41,774 bases of DNA. Origin: Eubacteriales bacterium. GTDB lineage: Bacteria; Bacillota; Clostridia; Oscillospirales; QAKW01. The notes under the pieces are model-generated. The model was not told where the DNA came from and did not search any database. It saw only the letters and a list, made by a program, of their open reading frames with translations. Position 1 is the first letter of the stretch. Each line of letters starts with the position of its first letter. Positions 7,869-15,825 of this stretch are shown in pieces. Location of the stretch: positions 1 through 41,774 of the forward strand of contig JAZMZQ010000191.1 of assembly GCA_045586045.1 (NCBI GenBank), given 5' to 3'. Position numbers and translations under genes: made by a program.

Positions 7869-8948
7869 TTATCTCTCCGGTGTTGCGGGATAGAGGGATT
7901 TATCCCGATTATGGCATTTATCATGCTGATCGGAATAGGCATCAAGCTCCTCGTCGGTTACCAAGAAAAAGTAATCTCCCTCTCCCTTGCGGGGGGTGGC
8001 ATCAAAATGGTAATAGGTCTTTCCGCCATCTACACTGACAAGGCTCCAATAATGATTGCTGTCTTCCGCGTGGTTTTTAACTTTTTTTACATCAATATTA
8101 GGGATATTAAGGCGCTCAAACATCAGCTTGGTAACAGCAAAATAACCGAAGCAATCGGTCCCGCCGCCCTGCAGCACCTTTTGCGCCTCGCTCAAATAAT
8201 CCTCTTTATTGGATTTTCCCGAATACCAAATGCCGGTATTGGCCCAATTATAGATGGCTTTTACTTTTTCGCGCGTGGTCATTCCGTCGGTCAGTAAGGA
8301 GGCGAGCTTTTTATCTGCAAGCGCATAGACATCGGAAGAAGAGGTTGCAGCCTGCTCCTTTTTCTTTACCGTAACGGTAATGGTTTTTTCCGTCTTATTT
8401 CCTGCTTGATCGGCGGCTGTATAGGTAACGGGGTAGCTTCCTGCTTGGGTAAGATCCACCTTGCTGCTATCGATCGTAAGGGTGGGGGAAGCCGTTTCAT
8501 TATCGGTAACCGTTACGTTTTTTCGGTAAGAGATGGTCTCTCCGATATAAACATTCAGATCGCGAAGACCATTGATTTCGGGGGCAATTTCATCCTTCTG
8601 CAGGACATGGACCAAGATCGTCTTTTTGGCTTGATTGCCTGCCTTATCGGTGGCGGTATAGGTAAGCTCATAGCTTCCCGCTTGGGTAAGATCCACCTTG
8701 CTGCTGTCTACATGGAGAGCGGGGGCTTGATCTTGATTATCGGTAACCGTAATGTTTTCTTGAAAAGAGGCGGGCTCTCCGATATAGACGTCGATATCCT
8801 CTGCGCCCTTGATTTCGGGCGCAACCTTATCTTTGCTCAGGCCGAAAATCAGAAAACTTCCCACAATGCATATAATGATTAAGAGAACCAACGCAAGAGC
8901 GCCCAAGGGGCTGAAGGCAGATCGCTGGTGCTTATAATGTCTGGCCAT
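7869..8948 (-). CDS. membrane-anchored surface protein with two Ig-like repeats and a transglutaminase-like Cys-protease core
   Basis: N-terminal TM helix. Two 79 aa repeats (aa 39-117 and 118-196). C-terminal GGGTDCFGYF ... HYWSLV ... HFDAT resembles a Cys-His-Asp transglutaminase core. Confidence 0.75.
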   Translation of the reverse strand: MARHYKHQRSAFSPLGALALVLLIIICIVGSFLIFGLSKDKVAPEIKGAEDIDVYIGEPASFQENITVTDNQDQAPALHVDSSKVDLTQAGSYELTYTATDKAGNQAKKTILVHVLQKDEIAPEINGLRDLNVYIGETISYRKNVTVTDNETASPTLTIDSSKVDLTQAGSYPVTYTAADQAGNKTEKTITVTVKKKEQAATSSSDVYALADKKLASLLTDGMTTREKVKAIYNWANTGIWYSGKSNKEDYLSEAQKVLQGGGTDCFGYFAVTKLMFERLNIPNIDVKKVKNHAEDSNHYWSLVSVDGGKTYYHFDATPRKGEGDYFFLVTDEELDAYSDQHDKCHNRDKSLYPATPER

Positions 8949-8987
8949 AGTTCCTCCTAAATAATATATATAAATAGGTTACTACTA

Positions 8988-9016
8988 ATAATAAAACATT
9001 GGTCGTAATTTGTCAA
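8988..9016 (-). promoter_or_regulatory. promoter of the dlt-like operon
   Basis: On the minus strand: TTGACA, 17 nt spacer, TATTAT, about 35 nt upstream of the ATG at 8948. Confidence 0.6.
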
Positions 9017-9052
9017 GATCATCGAGCGGGCGGAAGGGGATTCTTTAATATC

Positions 9053-9081
9053 TTGTATTTCAGCAAAAAATTATATATAAT
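9053..9081 (+). promoter_or_regulatory. promoter of the C45 peptidase gene
   Basis: TTGTAT, 17 nt spacer, TATAAT, 24 nt upstream of the ATG at 9105. Confidence 0.55.
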
Positions 9082-9104
9082 GGGAGTGAAACGGAGGGAA
9101 TGGC

Positions 9105-10157
9105 ATGATCAAAGAAATTACGTTGATCGGTACCCCCTTTGAGCGAGGGGTTTTATATGGGGAGGCCTGCAAGGAAGAGATCCGCACCGGTATCGAAAGC
9201 TACAGCCGCCTCTTCGGCGCCCGCGGAATGGATTGGCAGCAGGCGCGGGAGAAAGCTTGCGGTTTTTTGGAGGCTATTCAGAAGGCCGATGCGCGATATA
9301 TGGAGGAAATGAAGGGAATCGCTCAAGGAGCGGCATTGGATTTTGAGGATATCCTCGCCATCAATTGCCGCAGCGAGCTGCTTTATGCGCCCCATGCGCC
9401 CCATGAATGTACGGCTTTTAGTTTAGTGCCGCCTGCCACCAAAGAAGGCAAGGTATTGGCGGGGCAAAATTGGGATTATACCCGCTCCCAGCGGGAGGCC
9501 TTGGTGATTTTGCGTGTTCCCGCTCAAGAGGGAAAGCCCGCCCAGCTTCTCTTTGCAGAGGCGGGCATGATCGGCGGAAAGGGCATGAACAGCGAGGGCC
9601 TTTCCCTGACCCTCAATGCCCTCTCTACTACGGAGTATGCCTATGGCCTACCCCTTCATATTCGGATGCGGCAGATTTTGGAGCAAAAAACCTTTGAGGA
9701 GGCTTATCAGGCGGCCGTTGAAGGGGGGCACCCCTCCCCTGTCCATTGGATCATCACCCATCGGGATGGCCGCGCACTGGGTTTGGAGATCGATTGCAGC
9801 GGAATAGATGAACTGCAGCCTCAAGAGGGCGCCCATTTTCATACCAACCATTTTATCGGCCCGAAATTCGGGAGGCGGGCAACCCCCTCTCCCAACAGCC
9901 TTGCCCGCTTGGAGCGGATAGCCGCTTTGCTGGGGAAAAGAGAGGAACTGACAATAGAGGATGTGAAGAAGGCTCTTGCCGATCATGGAAATCATCCCCA
10001 TTGCATTTGCAAGCATGTAAACCCCAATGCTGCCCGTGATATCATGCACCAAGGGGCCACCAACCATGCGCTGATTATGGATCTTACCGCTGGAAAGGCT
10101 TATTTTGCTTTGGGCAATCCCTGCGAGAGTGAATATCAAATTTTGAAGGTCGAATAA
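9105..10157 (+). CDS. peptidase C45 family (acyl-CoA:6-APA acyltransferase-like Ntn hydrolase)
   Basis: 350 aa. MIKEITLIGTPFERGVLYGE at the N-terminus and HECTAFSL (putative autoprocessing/nucleophile Cys) match the C45 family as I recall it. Confidence 0.7.
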   Translation: MIKEITLIGTPFERGVLYGEACKEEIRTGIESYSRLFGARGMDWQQAREKACGFLEAIQKADARYMEEMKGIAQGAALDFEDILAINCRSELLYAPHAPHECTAFSLVPPATKEGKVLAGQNWDYTRSQREALVILRVPAQEGKPAQLLFAEAGMIGGKGMNSEGLSLTLNALSTTEYAYGLPLHIRMRQILEQKTFEEAYQAAVEGGHPSPVHWIITHRDGRALGLEIDCSGIDELQPQEGAHFHTNHFIGPKFGRRATPSPNSLARLERIAALLGKREELTIEDVKKALADHGNHPHCICKHVNPNAARDIMHQGATNHALIMDLTAGKAYFALGNPCESEYQILKVE

Positions 10158-10160
10158 AAA

Positions 10161-10194
10161 ATATCCTCATGTGGATTCACATGAGGATATTTTT
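10161..10194. terminator. bidirectional rho-independent terminator
   Basis: ATATCCTCATGTG-GATT-CACATGAGGATAT flanked by A-run and T-run. It overlaps the last codons of the minus-strand gene. Confidence 0.75.
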
Positions 10195-11064
10195 CAGCCT
10201 TTTTTTCAAAACCCGAGGGCAACAAGCCTCTTTTATCAGCCGATGGCTTTTAGCTAAAGCTTTTCCTCGGCGAAGAACGATTTTCAGATCGAAAGGATCT
10301 GCATGCATCAAAGCATTGGAAAGATTCTTTAATTCAAATAAATGGGCGATCCGCCCATGGAAGCGGCTTCCTTTTGCCGATTCGGCGAGGGCGGTTAAGA
10401 CTCCGCTGAGTTCAAGGGGATTTTCTTCGGTGGAGGCGTCGGTGGGCAAAATGCCCCATTGCCAGCACCAAAAATTAGCGGCACATTCGGTAAGTTGGCG
10501 CACTAAGCATCCTCGAAGCAGGGTGGCAGTTAAGGAATGGCAAAAAGAAAAGTGCTCCAATTGTCTTTTTATAACAGAAAGATATCGGGAGGCCCTTTTG
10601 GCAGATTTGCGTAGCGCCCCTCGCTTGATTTTTTTCAGATCCAGAAGATGAGCATCTAAAACCGCCTTAAAGGAGGCTTGATAAAAGGCGTTCATTTGAG
10701 AAAAGGATGGCAATCGATCTTCTGTTACATAAGGATGGGCAATGCCGTTGGTCATTTTTCGCGCTTTGTCAAGTAGCGTGCGATGTGGGATTTTTCCGCC
10801 CATGGCATCCATCAGCTGGGCCATCGTTTTTCCGGCGGGATTGATCCGGTGAAGGAGGGCGTTACTGATGACCATTCCTTCTACCCCATGGCGCATTAAG
10901 ATCCCAAATCCCAAAGAGCAGGCAAGGGGATTTTCGGAAAGCCTTGAAAAAGGCATAAGCCGAAGCCGGCGGTAGGTTTTATAAAGCAACCGCCAACGTT
11001 TGCAAAGCATTTCGGGATAAGCTTTGTGGGCCTGCTTAAATTTTTGAAAAGCGGATGGATCCAT
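10177..11064 (-). CDS. hypothetical protein, 295 aa, no family recognised
   Basis: Long ORF with RBS AAGGGA, starting 20 nt after the upstream small gene. Basic and predicted helical. GC is lower than in the flanking genes. Confidence 0.6.
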   Translation of the reverse strand: MDPSAFQKFKQAHKAYPEMLCKRWRLLYKTYRRLRLMPFSRLSENPLACSLGFGILMRHGVEGMVISNALLHRINPAGKTMAQLMDAMGGKIPHRTLLDKARKMTNGIAHPYVTEDRLPSFSQMNAFYQASFKAVLDAHLLDLKKIKRGALRKSAKRASRYLSVIKRQLEHFSFCHSLTATLLRGCLVRQLTECAANFWCWQWGILPTDASTEENPLELSGVLTALAESAKGSRFHGRIAHLFELKNLSNALMHADPFDLKIVLRRGKALAKSHRLIKEACCPRVLKKRLKNILM

Positions 11065-11084
11065 GGCGTTCCCTTCTTCGGGTT

Positions 11085-11312
11085 TTAATGGTGATAATCT
11101 TGCATCAACTTGGTATAGTGGGCATAAAGCTGCTGATATTTGCGATATTGAGAATGGCTGAGCGCGCCCTCTTTATAGTAAGCTTCTGCTTTTTCTCCCA
11201 GCTGCTTGCGGCAGGAGTGGGCGGCATCTTTATAATTATTGGAGAGAAAGTTTTTCAGCTCCTCCAGAATAAAATCCAGCTCTTTTTGCGCCTTGTTTCT
11301 AAAAAACAGCAT
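11085..11312 (-). CDS. hypothetical small helical protein, 75 aa
   Basis: RBS AGAGAGGA is 8 nt before the ATG. Charged, helix-prone sequence ending in HH. Confidence 0.55.
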   Translation of the reverse strand: MLFFRNKAQKELDFILEELKNFLSNNYKDAAHSCRKQLGEKAEAYYKEGALSHSQYRKYQQLYAHYTKLMQDYHH

Positions 11313-11648
11313 TTTATTATCCTCTCTTTTTGATCGGATCGCAAGGAGCGATGCGGGGATAAAGCTTTTTGGAAAGGCGGGTGCCTCTAAGCAAACACGA
11401 ATAATCTGAACCTGATTTTAAGGGGCGGATTATTTGTGTTTTCTGTGTTAAAATACTCGTTAATCCGGCAGGATTAACTGCGTTTTATGCCTTGCAAACC
11501 CAAAAATCCGCTCCCTTAAAATTCTTTGACCTTAAAATGAGAAGAATTTCAGATGAATTTTGGTGCGGAGAAGTTTGTAAGGCTGGCGCCTACAAATCTT
11601 TGACAAGCCAAAAAGCGCTGGAATTCTGCCATTTTAGGCAGGTTCGGA

Positions 11649-12779
11649 TTATACGTGTTTGCTTATGGGGATCAGCTCATAAGCCTTTTGCCCGATGCCG
11701 ATCTTTTCGGCATGCTCCACGCAGGTGCGCCAGTTGGTATCGGGATGATTGAGGCGGAAATGATCCCCCTCGGCGGGTGCAGTTTCCTTGAGGCTGTTTT
11801 CACCCAAGCGGCTGTTGGTAAGAATCGGCTGCGCGTTGCAAAGCTCGGCGCAGGCCACATCCAGCGCCACCGGATCAAAAGAGGCTAACATTCCCACGTT
11901 GGGAATAATGGCGGCATCATTTTCTGCGTGGCAATCGCAATTGGGGGAAACATCGCAGATCAAGGAGATATGAAAATGAGGCCGCCCATCCAATACCGCC
12001 TTGGTATATTCGGCAATCTTGCAATTGAGCAGGTCATTGGAGCTTCCGTTGGTGGCGTGGATGGCATCGGTGGGGCAGAGGGCAAGGCATCTGCCGCAGC
12101 CCACGCATTTTTGATGATCGATGGTGGCCTTGCCCCCATCAAAGGCGGGTGCATCGTGGGCGCAGATTTTGGCGCAGGCCTTGCAGCCGATGCATCGGCT
12201 TTGGTTCACTTGAGGCTTGCCGTCGTTATGCATCTCCATCTTGCCTGCTCTGGAGCCGCATCCCATGCCGATGTTCTTGAGCGCACCGCCGAAGCCGGTG
12301 CACTCATGGCCCTTAAAATGGTTGAGAGAGATGAAGATATCCGCATCCATAACGGCGCGGCCGATCTTGGCTTCTTTGATATATTCACCGTCGATCGGCA
12401 CTAAGGCCTCGTCGGTCCCCTTCAGCCCATCTCCGATCAGCACATGGCAGCCGGTGGAAAGGGGTGAAAACCCGTTGGCATAGGCGGTCTCCAAATGATC
12501 TAAGGCATTTTTGCGGCTGCCTACATAGAGGGTATTGCAATCGGTGAGGAAGGGCTTGCCGCCCAGCTCTTTGATAAGATCAGCAACCACCCGCGCATAG
12601 TTGGGGCGCAGATAGGCCAAATTGCCGTATTCCCCGAAATGAATCTTAATTGCGGCATACTTATTGTTGAAATCAATGTCTTTTATACCCGCTGTAATGC
12701 AAAGGCGCTTGAGCTTTTGCAAGAGGTTTTCCTTAGGGCTTGCCCGAAAATCGGTAAAATATACTTTTGAAGGGTTCAT
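11649..12779 (-). CDS. DUF362 domain protein with 2x[4Fe-4S] ferredoxin insert
   Basis: CIGCKACAKIC and CVGCGRCLALCP ferredoxin motifs lie inside a DUF362-type scaffold (N-terminus MNPSKVYFTDFR...). Confidence 0.8.
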   Translation of the reverse strand: MNPSKVYFTDFRASPKENLLQKLKRLCITAGIKDIDFNNKYAAIKIHFGEYGNLAYLRPNYARVVADLIKELGGKPFLTDCNTLYVGSRKNALDHLETAYANGFSPLSTGCHVLIGDGLKGTDEALVPIDGEYIKEAKIGRAVMDADIFISLNHFKGHECTGFGGALKNIGMGCGSRAGKMEMHNDGKPQVNQSRCIGCKACAKICAHDAPAFDGGKATIDHQKCVGCGRCLALCPTDAIHATNGSSNDLLNCKIAEYTKAVLDGRPHFHISLICDVSPNCDCHAENDAAIIPNVGMLASFDPVALDVACAELCNAQPILTNSRLGENSLKETAPAEGDHFRLNHPDTNWRTCVEHAEKIGIGQKAYELIPISKHV

Positions 12780-12866
12780 CTTTTATTGCCTCCCGATTGA
12801 TTTTTTAAGATCTTTATAATATAATAGCATAAACAAACGCAGGGTGCAAGAAAGGAAAAAGAAAAG

Positions 12867-14210
12867 ATGGGATATCGCAAAGAGCAGGATTCCATGGGAG
12901 AAATCCTGGTGGAGGAGCAGAATCAATGGGGCGCGCAGACCCAGCGCAGCCTTGAGCATTTTAAGATCGGCGAGGAGAAGATGCCCCGCGGCTTGATCGA
13001 GGCCTTTGCCCATCTGAAGAGCGCAAGCGCAACGGTGAATTACCGAATGGGCAAGCTGCAGAAAGAGCAGGCGGAAGCCATCGAGCAAGCTTGCGGAGAA
13101 ATTCTGCAAGGGCGCTATGCCGATCAATTTCCGCTTTCGGTATGGCAGACCGGCAGCGGCACCCAGACGAATATGAATGTCAATGAGGTGATCGCTCATC
13201 TGACAGGGCTTCACCCCAATGACCATGTGAATATGTCCCAAAGCTCCAATGATACCTTCCCCACCGCCATGAACATTGCGGCGGTGGTTGCCCTCCGAAA
13301 GGAATTGCTTCCCGCCATGGCCGAGATGGAGCAGATTCTTTTGGAAAAAGAAAAAGAGCATGAAGGGATCATCAAGATCGGCCGCACCCATCTGCAGGAC
13401 GCCACTCCCTTGAAATTTTCTCAGGAGATCAGCGGCTGGCGGGCCATGCTCCAAGAAACCCGCCAAATGATGGAGGAAACCTTGATCCCCCTCTCTCGCC
13501 TTGCCATCGGCGGTACGGCTGTTGGCACAGGGCTCAATGCGCCGGAAGGCTTCTCGGAGGCGGTCTGCAAGGAGCTGAGCGCAAGGCTGCATATGCCCCT
13601 TTCCCCTGCCCCCAATAAATTCCACGCCCTCACCTCGAAGGATTCCTTTGTCTTTGCCCATGGGGCGCTGAAAGCGCTGGCGGCTAATCTGATGAAGATT
13701 GCCAATGATATTCGTTGGCTGGCAAGCGGCCCTCGCTGCGGCATCGGCGAGATTACCATCCCCGAAAATGAGCCGGGCAGCTCTATCATGCCGGGGAAGG
13801 TCAATCCCACTCAATGTGAAGCAGTTACCATGGTGGCGGTGCAGGTCATGGGGAATGACACGGCCATTGGTATCGCCGCAAGCCAAGGCAATTTCCAGCT
13901 CAATGTCTTTATGCCGGTCTGCGCCTATAATTTTATGCAGTCGGTGCGGCTGCTGGCCGATTGTATCCGTTCTTTTTCAGAGCATTGCCTCAAGGGGCTG
14001 CGAGCAAATGAGGGCCGCATGAAGGAGAATCTCCATCATTCCTTGATGCTGGTAACCTGCCTCTCCCCTGAAATCGGCTATGAAAATGCGGCGAAGATTG
14101 CAAGAGAGGCCTATCGGAAGGGCCTAACCCTCAAAGAAGCCGCCCTTGCAAGCGGGCTTTTGGAGGAAGCGGAATTCGATGCGTTGGTCGATCCCGCAAA
14201 AATGGTATAA
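12867..14210 (+). CDS. fumC: class II fumarate hydratase
   Basis: DSMGEILV..WGAQTQRSLEHFKIGEEKMP at the N-terminus and GSSIMPGKVNPTQCEA. The TQCEA variant distinguishes fumarase from aspartase. Confidence 0.9.
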   Translation: MGYRKEQDSMGEILVEEQNQWGAQTQRSLEHFKIGEEKMPRGLIEAFAHLKSASATVNYRMGKLQKEQAEAIEQACGEILQGRYADQFPLSVWQTGSGTQTNMNVNEVIAHLTGLHPNDHVNMSQSSNDTFPTAMNIAAVVALRKELLPAMAEMEQILLEKEKEHEGIIKIGRTHLQDATPLKFSQEISGWRAMLQETRQMMEETLIPLSRLAIGGTAVGTGLNAPEGFSEAVCKELSARLHMPLSPAPNKFHALTSKDSFVFAHGALKALAANLMKIANDIRWLASGPRCGIGEITIPENEPGSSIMPGKVNPTQCEAVTMVAVQVMGNDTAIGIAASQGNFQLNVFMPVCAYNFMQSVRLLADCIRSFSEHCLKGLRANEGRMKENLHHSLMLVTCLSPEIGYENAAKIAREAYRKGLTLKEAALASGLLEEAEFDALVDPAKMV

Positions 14211-14214
14211 GAAA

Positions 14215-14259
14215 ATGCTCCCGTCTACAAATAAAAGCAGACGGGAGCATTATTATTTT
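14215..14259 (+). terminator. fumC terminator
   Basis: ATGCTCCCGTCT...AGACGGGAGCAT forms a 12 bp stem, followed by a T-rich tract. Confidence 0.75.
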
Positions 14260-14271
14260 GCCCTTTCCGAA

Positions 14272-14301
14272 AGAGTATAAAAATTTATAATTATACTTTT
14301 G
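14272..14301. repeat. 30 bp AT-rich direct repeat, copy 1 (intergenic)
   Basis: AGAGTATAAAAATTTATAATTATACTTTTG is identical to the sequence at 14334..14363. Confidence 0.9.
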
Positions 14302-14318
14302 CCTTTCTGGAAGAAAAA

Positions 14319-15713
14319 TCAGGAGCGATTTTTAGAGTATAAAAATTTATAATTATACTTTTGGGCAGAGAAGACTTGGGGAGAGAGCAGTAAAAGGCCG
14401 AAAAGATTGGGAATGGTCATGAGGGCGCAGAGGATATCTGCGAGGGTCCAGACCAAATCGGCTGAAAAAGCACCGCCCCAAAAAAGAATCGTCAGGAAGC
14501 ATAAGTGAAAAAGGCCAACGGGGGGCTTTTTGGGGAAGAGATAGCGAAGGCTCTGCTCTCCATAGTAGCTCCAGCCGATAATAGAAGCAAAGCCGAAAAA
14601 GAGCAGGCAAAGAAAATAGAGAAAAGAGAGCAGTCTTTTGGGGAGAGGCAGGGTGTAAAGGGCGGCGAGGGTGATCTGGGCGCCGGAAAGAGCGGGATCC
14701 TGCCAGACATCGGTGAGGATAATGGCAAGGCCGGTCAGGGAGCAGAGGACAACCGTATCAATAAAAGGCCCCAGCATGGAGACTAAGCCTTGGGCGTGGG
14801 GATGGTCGGTCTTGGCGGCGGCTGCCGCAATCGGATCGGAGCCCATTCCCGCTTCATTGGAGAAAATCCCTCGCCCGAGCCCGAAGCGGATGGCTTTTTG
14901 CAGGGTAATGCCTGCTCCCGCTCCCAAAGCGGCTTTTGGGGAGAAGGCACTTTTGAAAATCAGCAAAAGCGTGGCGGGAAGCTTTTGAATATTCTGAAGG
15001 ATCAGCCAAAGGGTCAGCAGGGTGAAAAGCCCTGCCATCAGCGGGACAATTCGCGTAGATACAAATGAAATGCGCCGAATTCCGCCCCGCAAAATTTTGC
15101 CCGCCAAAAGGGTAACGGCAGCTGCAGTTATCAAAGCGGCAAGGGAGACGGGGGCGCTGCCAAAAGAGAATAGCGTATGGGCCCCGTTGGGATCAAAAAA
15201 GGCGGTCGCCGCCGAGGCGATCCCATTGATTTGAGAGGTAGTGCCCATGCTTAAAAGGCAGCAAAGCAGGCAGGCGGCGGCAAAAATCTTAGCAAGCCCT
15301 TTTTGATGAAGCCCGTGCTCCAAGTAGAAGAAGGGACCGCCTATAAAACGGCCTTCTGCATCCTTTTGGCGATAGCGCACCGCCAAAAAGCCTTCTGCAT
15401 AGCGGGTGCCGCAGCCCAAAAGGGCGGCGAAGACCATCCAGAAGAGGGCGCCGGGCCCGCCCGCCGAAATAGCGGTGGCAACGCCGATAATATTGCCGGT
15501 CCCCAATGTTGCGGCAAGGGAGGTGCAGAGGGCGGCAAAGGCCGAGACTTCCCCCTCTCCCTCCTCCTTCAGCGCGAAGCGAAAGGCGGCTTTAAGCCCC
15601 CGAAAGGGAAGAAAGCGGGTGCCGATGGTAAAATAGGCCCCGCAGCCCAGCAGCAAAATGAAGGTGGCGGGCCCCCATAGAAGGTTTGCAAGATATTCCA
15701 ATCGTTCGTTCAT
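14319..15713 (-). CDS. alanine/glycine:cation symporter (AGCS) family transporter
   Basis: MNERLEYLANLLWGPATFILLLGCGAYFT... resembles the AGCS N-terminus as I recall it; polytopic protein. The ATG at 15713 has a GGAGGGG RBS (ORF track starts at 15749). Confidence 0.8.
   Translation of the reverse strand: MNERLEYLANLLWGPATFILLLGCGAYFTIGTRFLPFRGLKAAFRFALKEEGEGEVSAFAALCTSLAATLGTGNIIGVATAISAGGPGALFWMVFAALLGCGTRYAEGFLAVRYRQKDAEGRFIGGPFFYLEHGLHQKGLAKIFAAACLLCCLLSMGTTSQINGIASAATAFFDPNGAHTLFSFGSAPVSLAALITAAAVTLLAGKILRGGIRRISFVSTRIVPLMAGLFTLLTLWLILQNIQKLPATLLLIFKSAFSPKAALGAGAGITLQKAIRFGLGRGIFSNEAGMGSDPIAAAAAKTDHPHAQGLVSMLGPFIDTVVLCSLTGLAIILTDVWQDPALSGAQITLAALYTLPLPKRLLSFLYFLCLLFFGFASIIGWSYYGEQSLRYLFPKKPPVGLFHLCFLTILFWGGAFSADLVWTLADILCALMTIPNLFGLLLLSPQVFSAQKYNYKFLYSKNRS
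14334..14363. repeat. 30 bp AT-rich direct repeat, copy 2 (inside the last codons of the transporter gene)
   Basis: Identical 30-mer, 62 bp from copy 1. Confidence 0.9.
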
Positions 15714-15733
15714 AAAGACCCCTCCCCGTTTTT

Positions 15734-15771
15734 GCCATTTTGATATCATGATATCATGATATCAAAATGGC
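15734..15771. repeat. 38 bp perfect palindrome containing (TGATATCA)x3
   Basis: GCCATTTTGATATCATGATATCATGATATCAAAATGGC is its own reverse complement. It ends 21 nt upstream of the transporter ATG. Confidence 0.95.
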
Positions 15772-15789
15772 TGTTTTGGAAAAAAGAAA

Positions 15790-15820
15790 AAGGATTTTCA
15801 AAAAAGTTTTGAAAATCCTT
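15790..15820 (-). terminator. terminator of the SDR gene (bidirectional hairpin)
   Basis: AAGGATTTTCAAAA / TTTTGAAAATCCTT stem with a T-run on the minus strand. Confidence 0.7.
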
Positions 15821-15825
15821 TGCTT

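Noticed and set aside
12783-13886. 367 aa ORF on the minus strand
   Set aside because: It is entirely antisense to fumC, which has unambiguous family motifs. The product is Arg/Gly/His-rich and low-complexity, typical of the reverse frame of a GC-rich gene.
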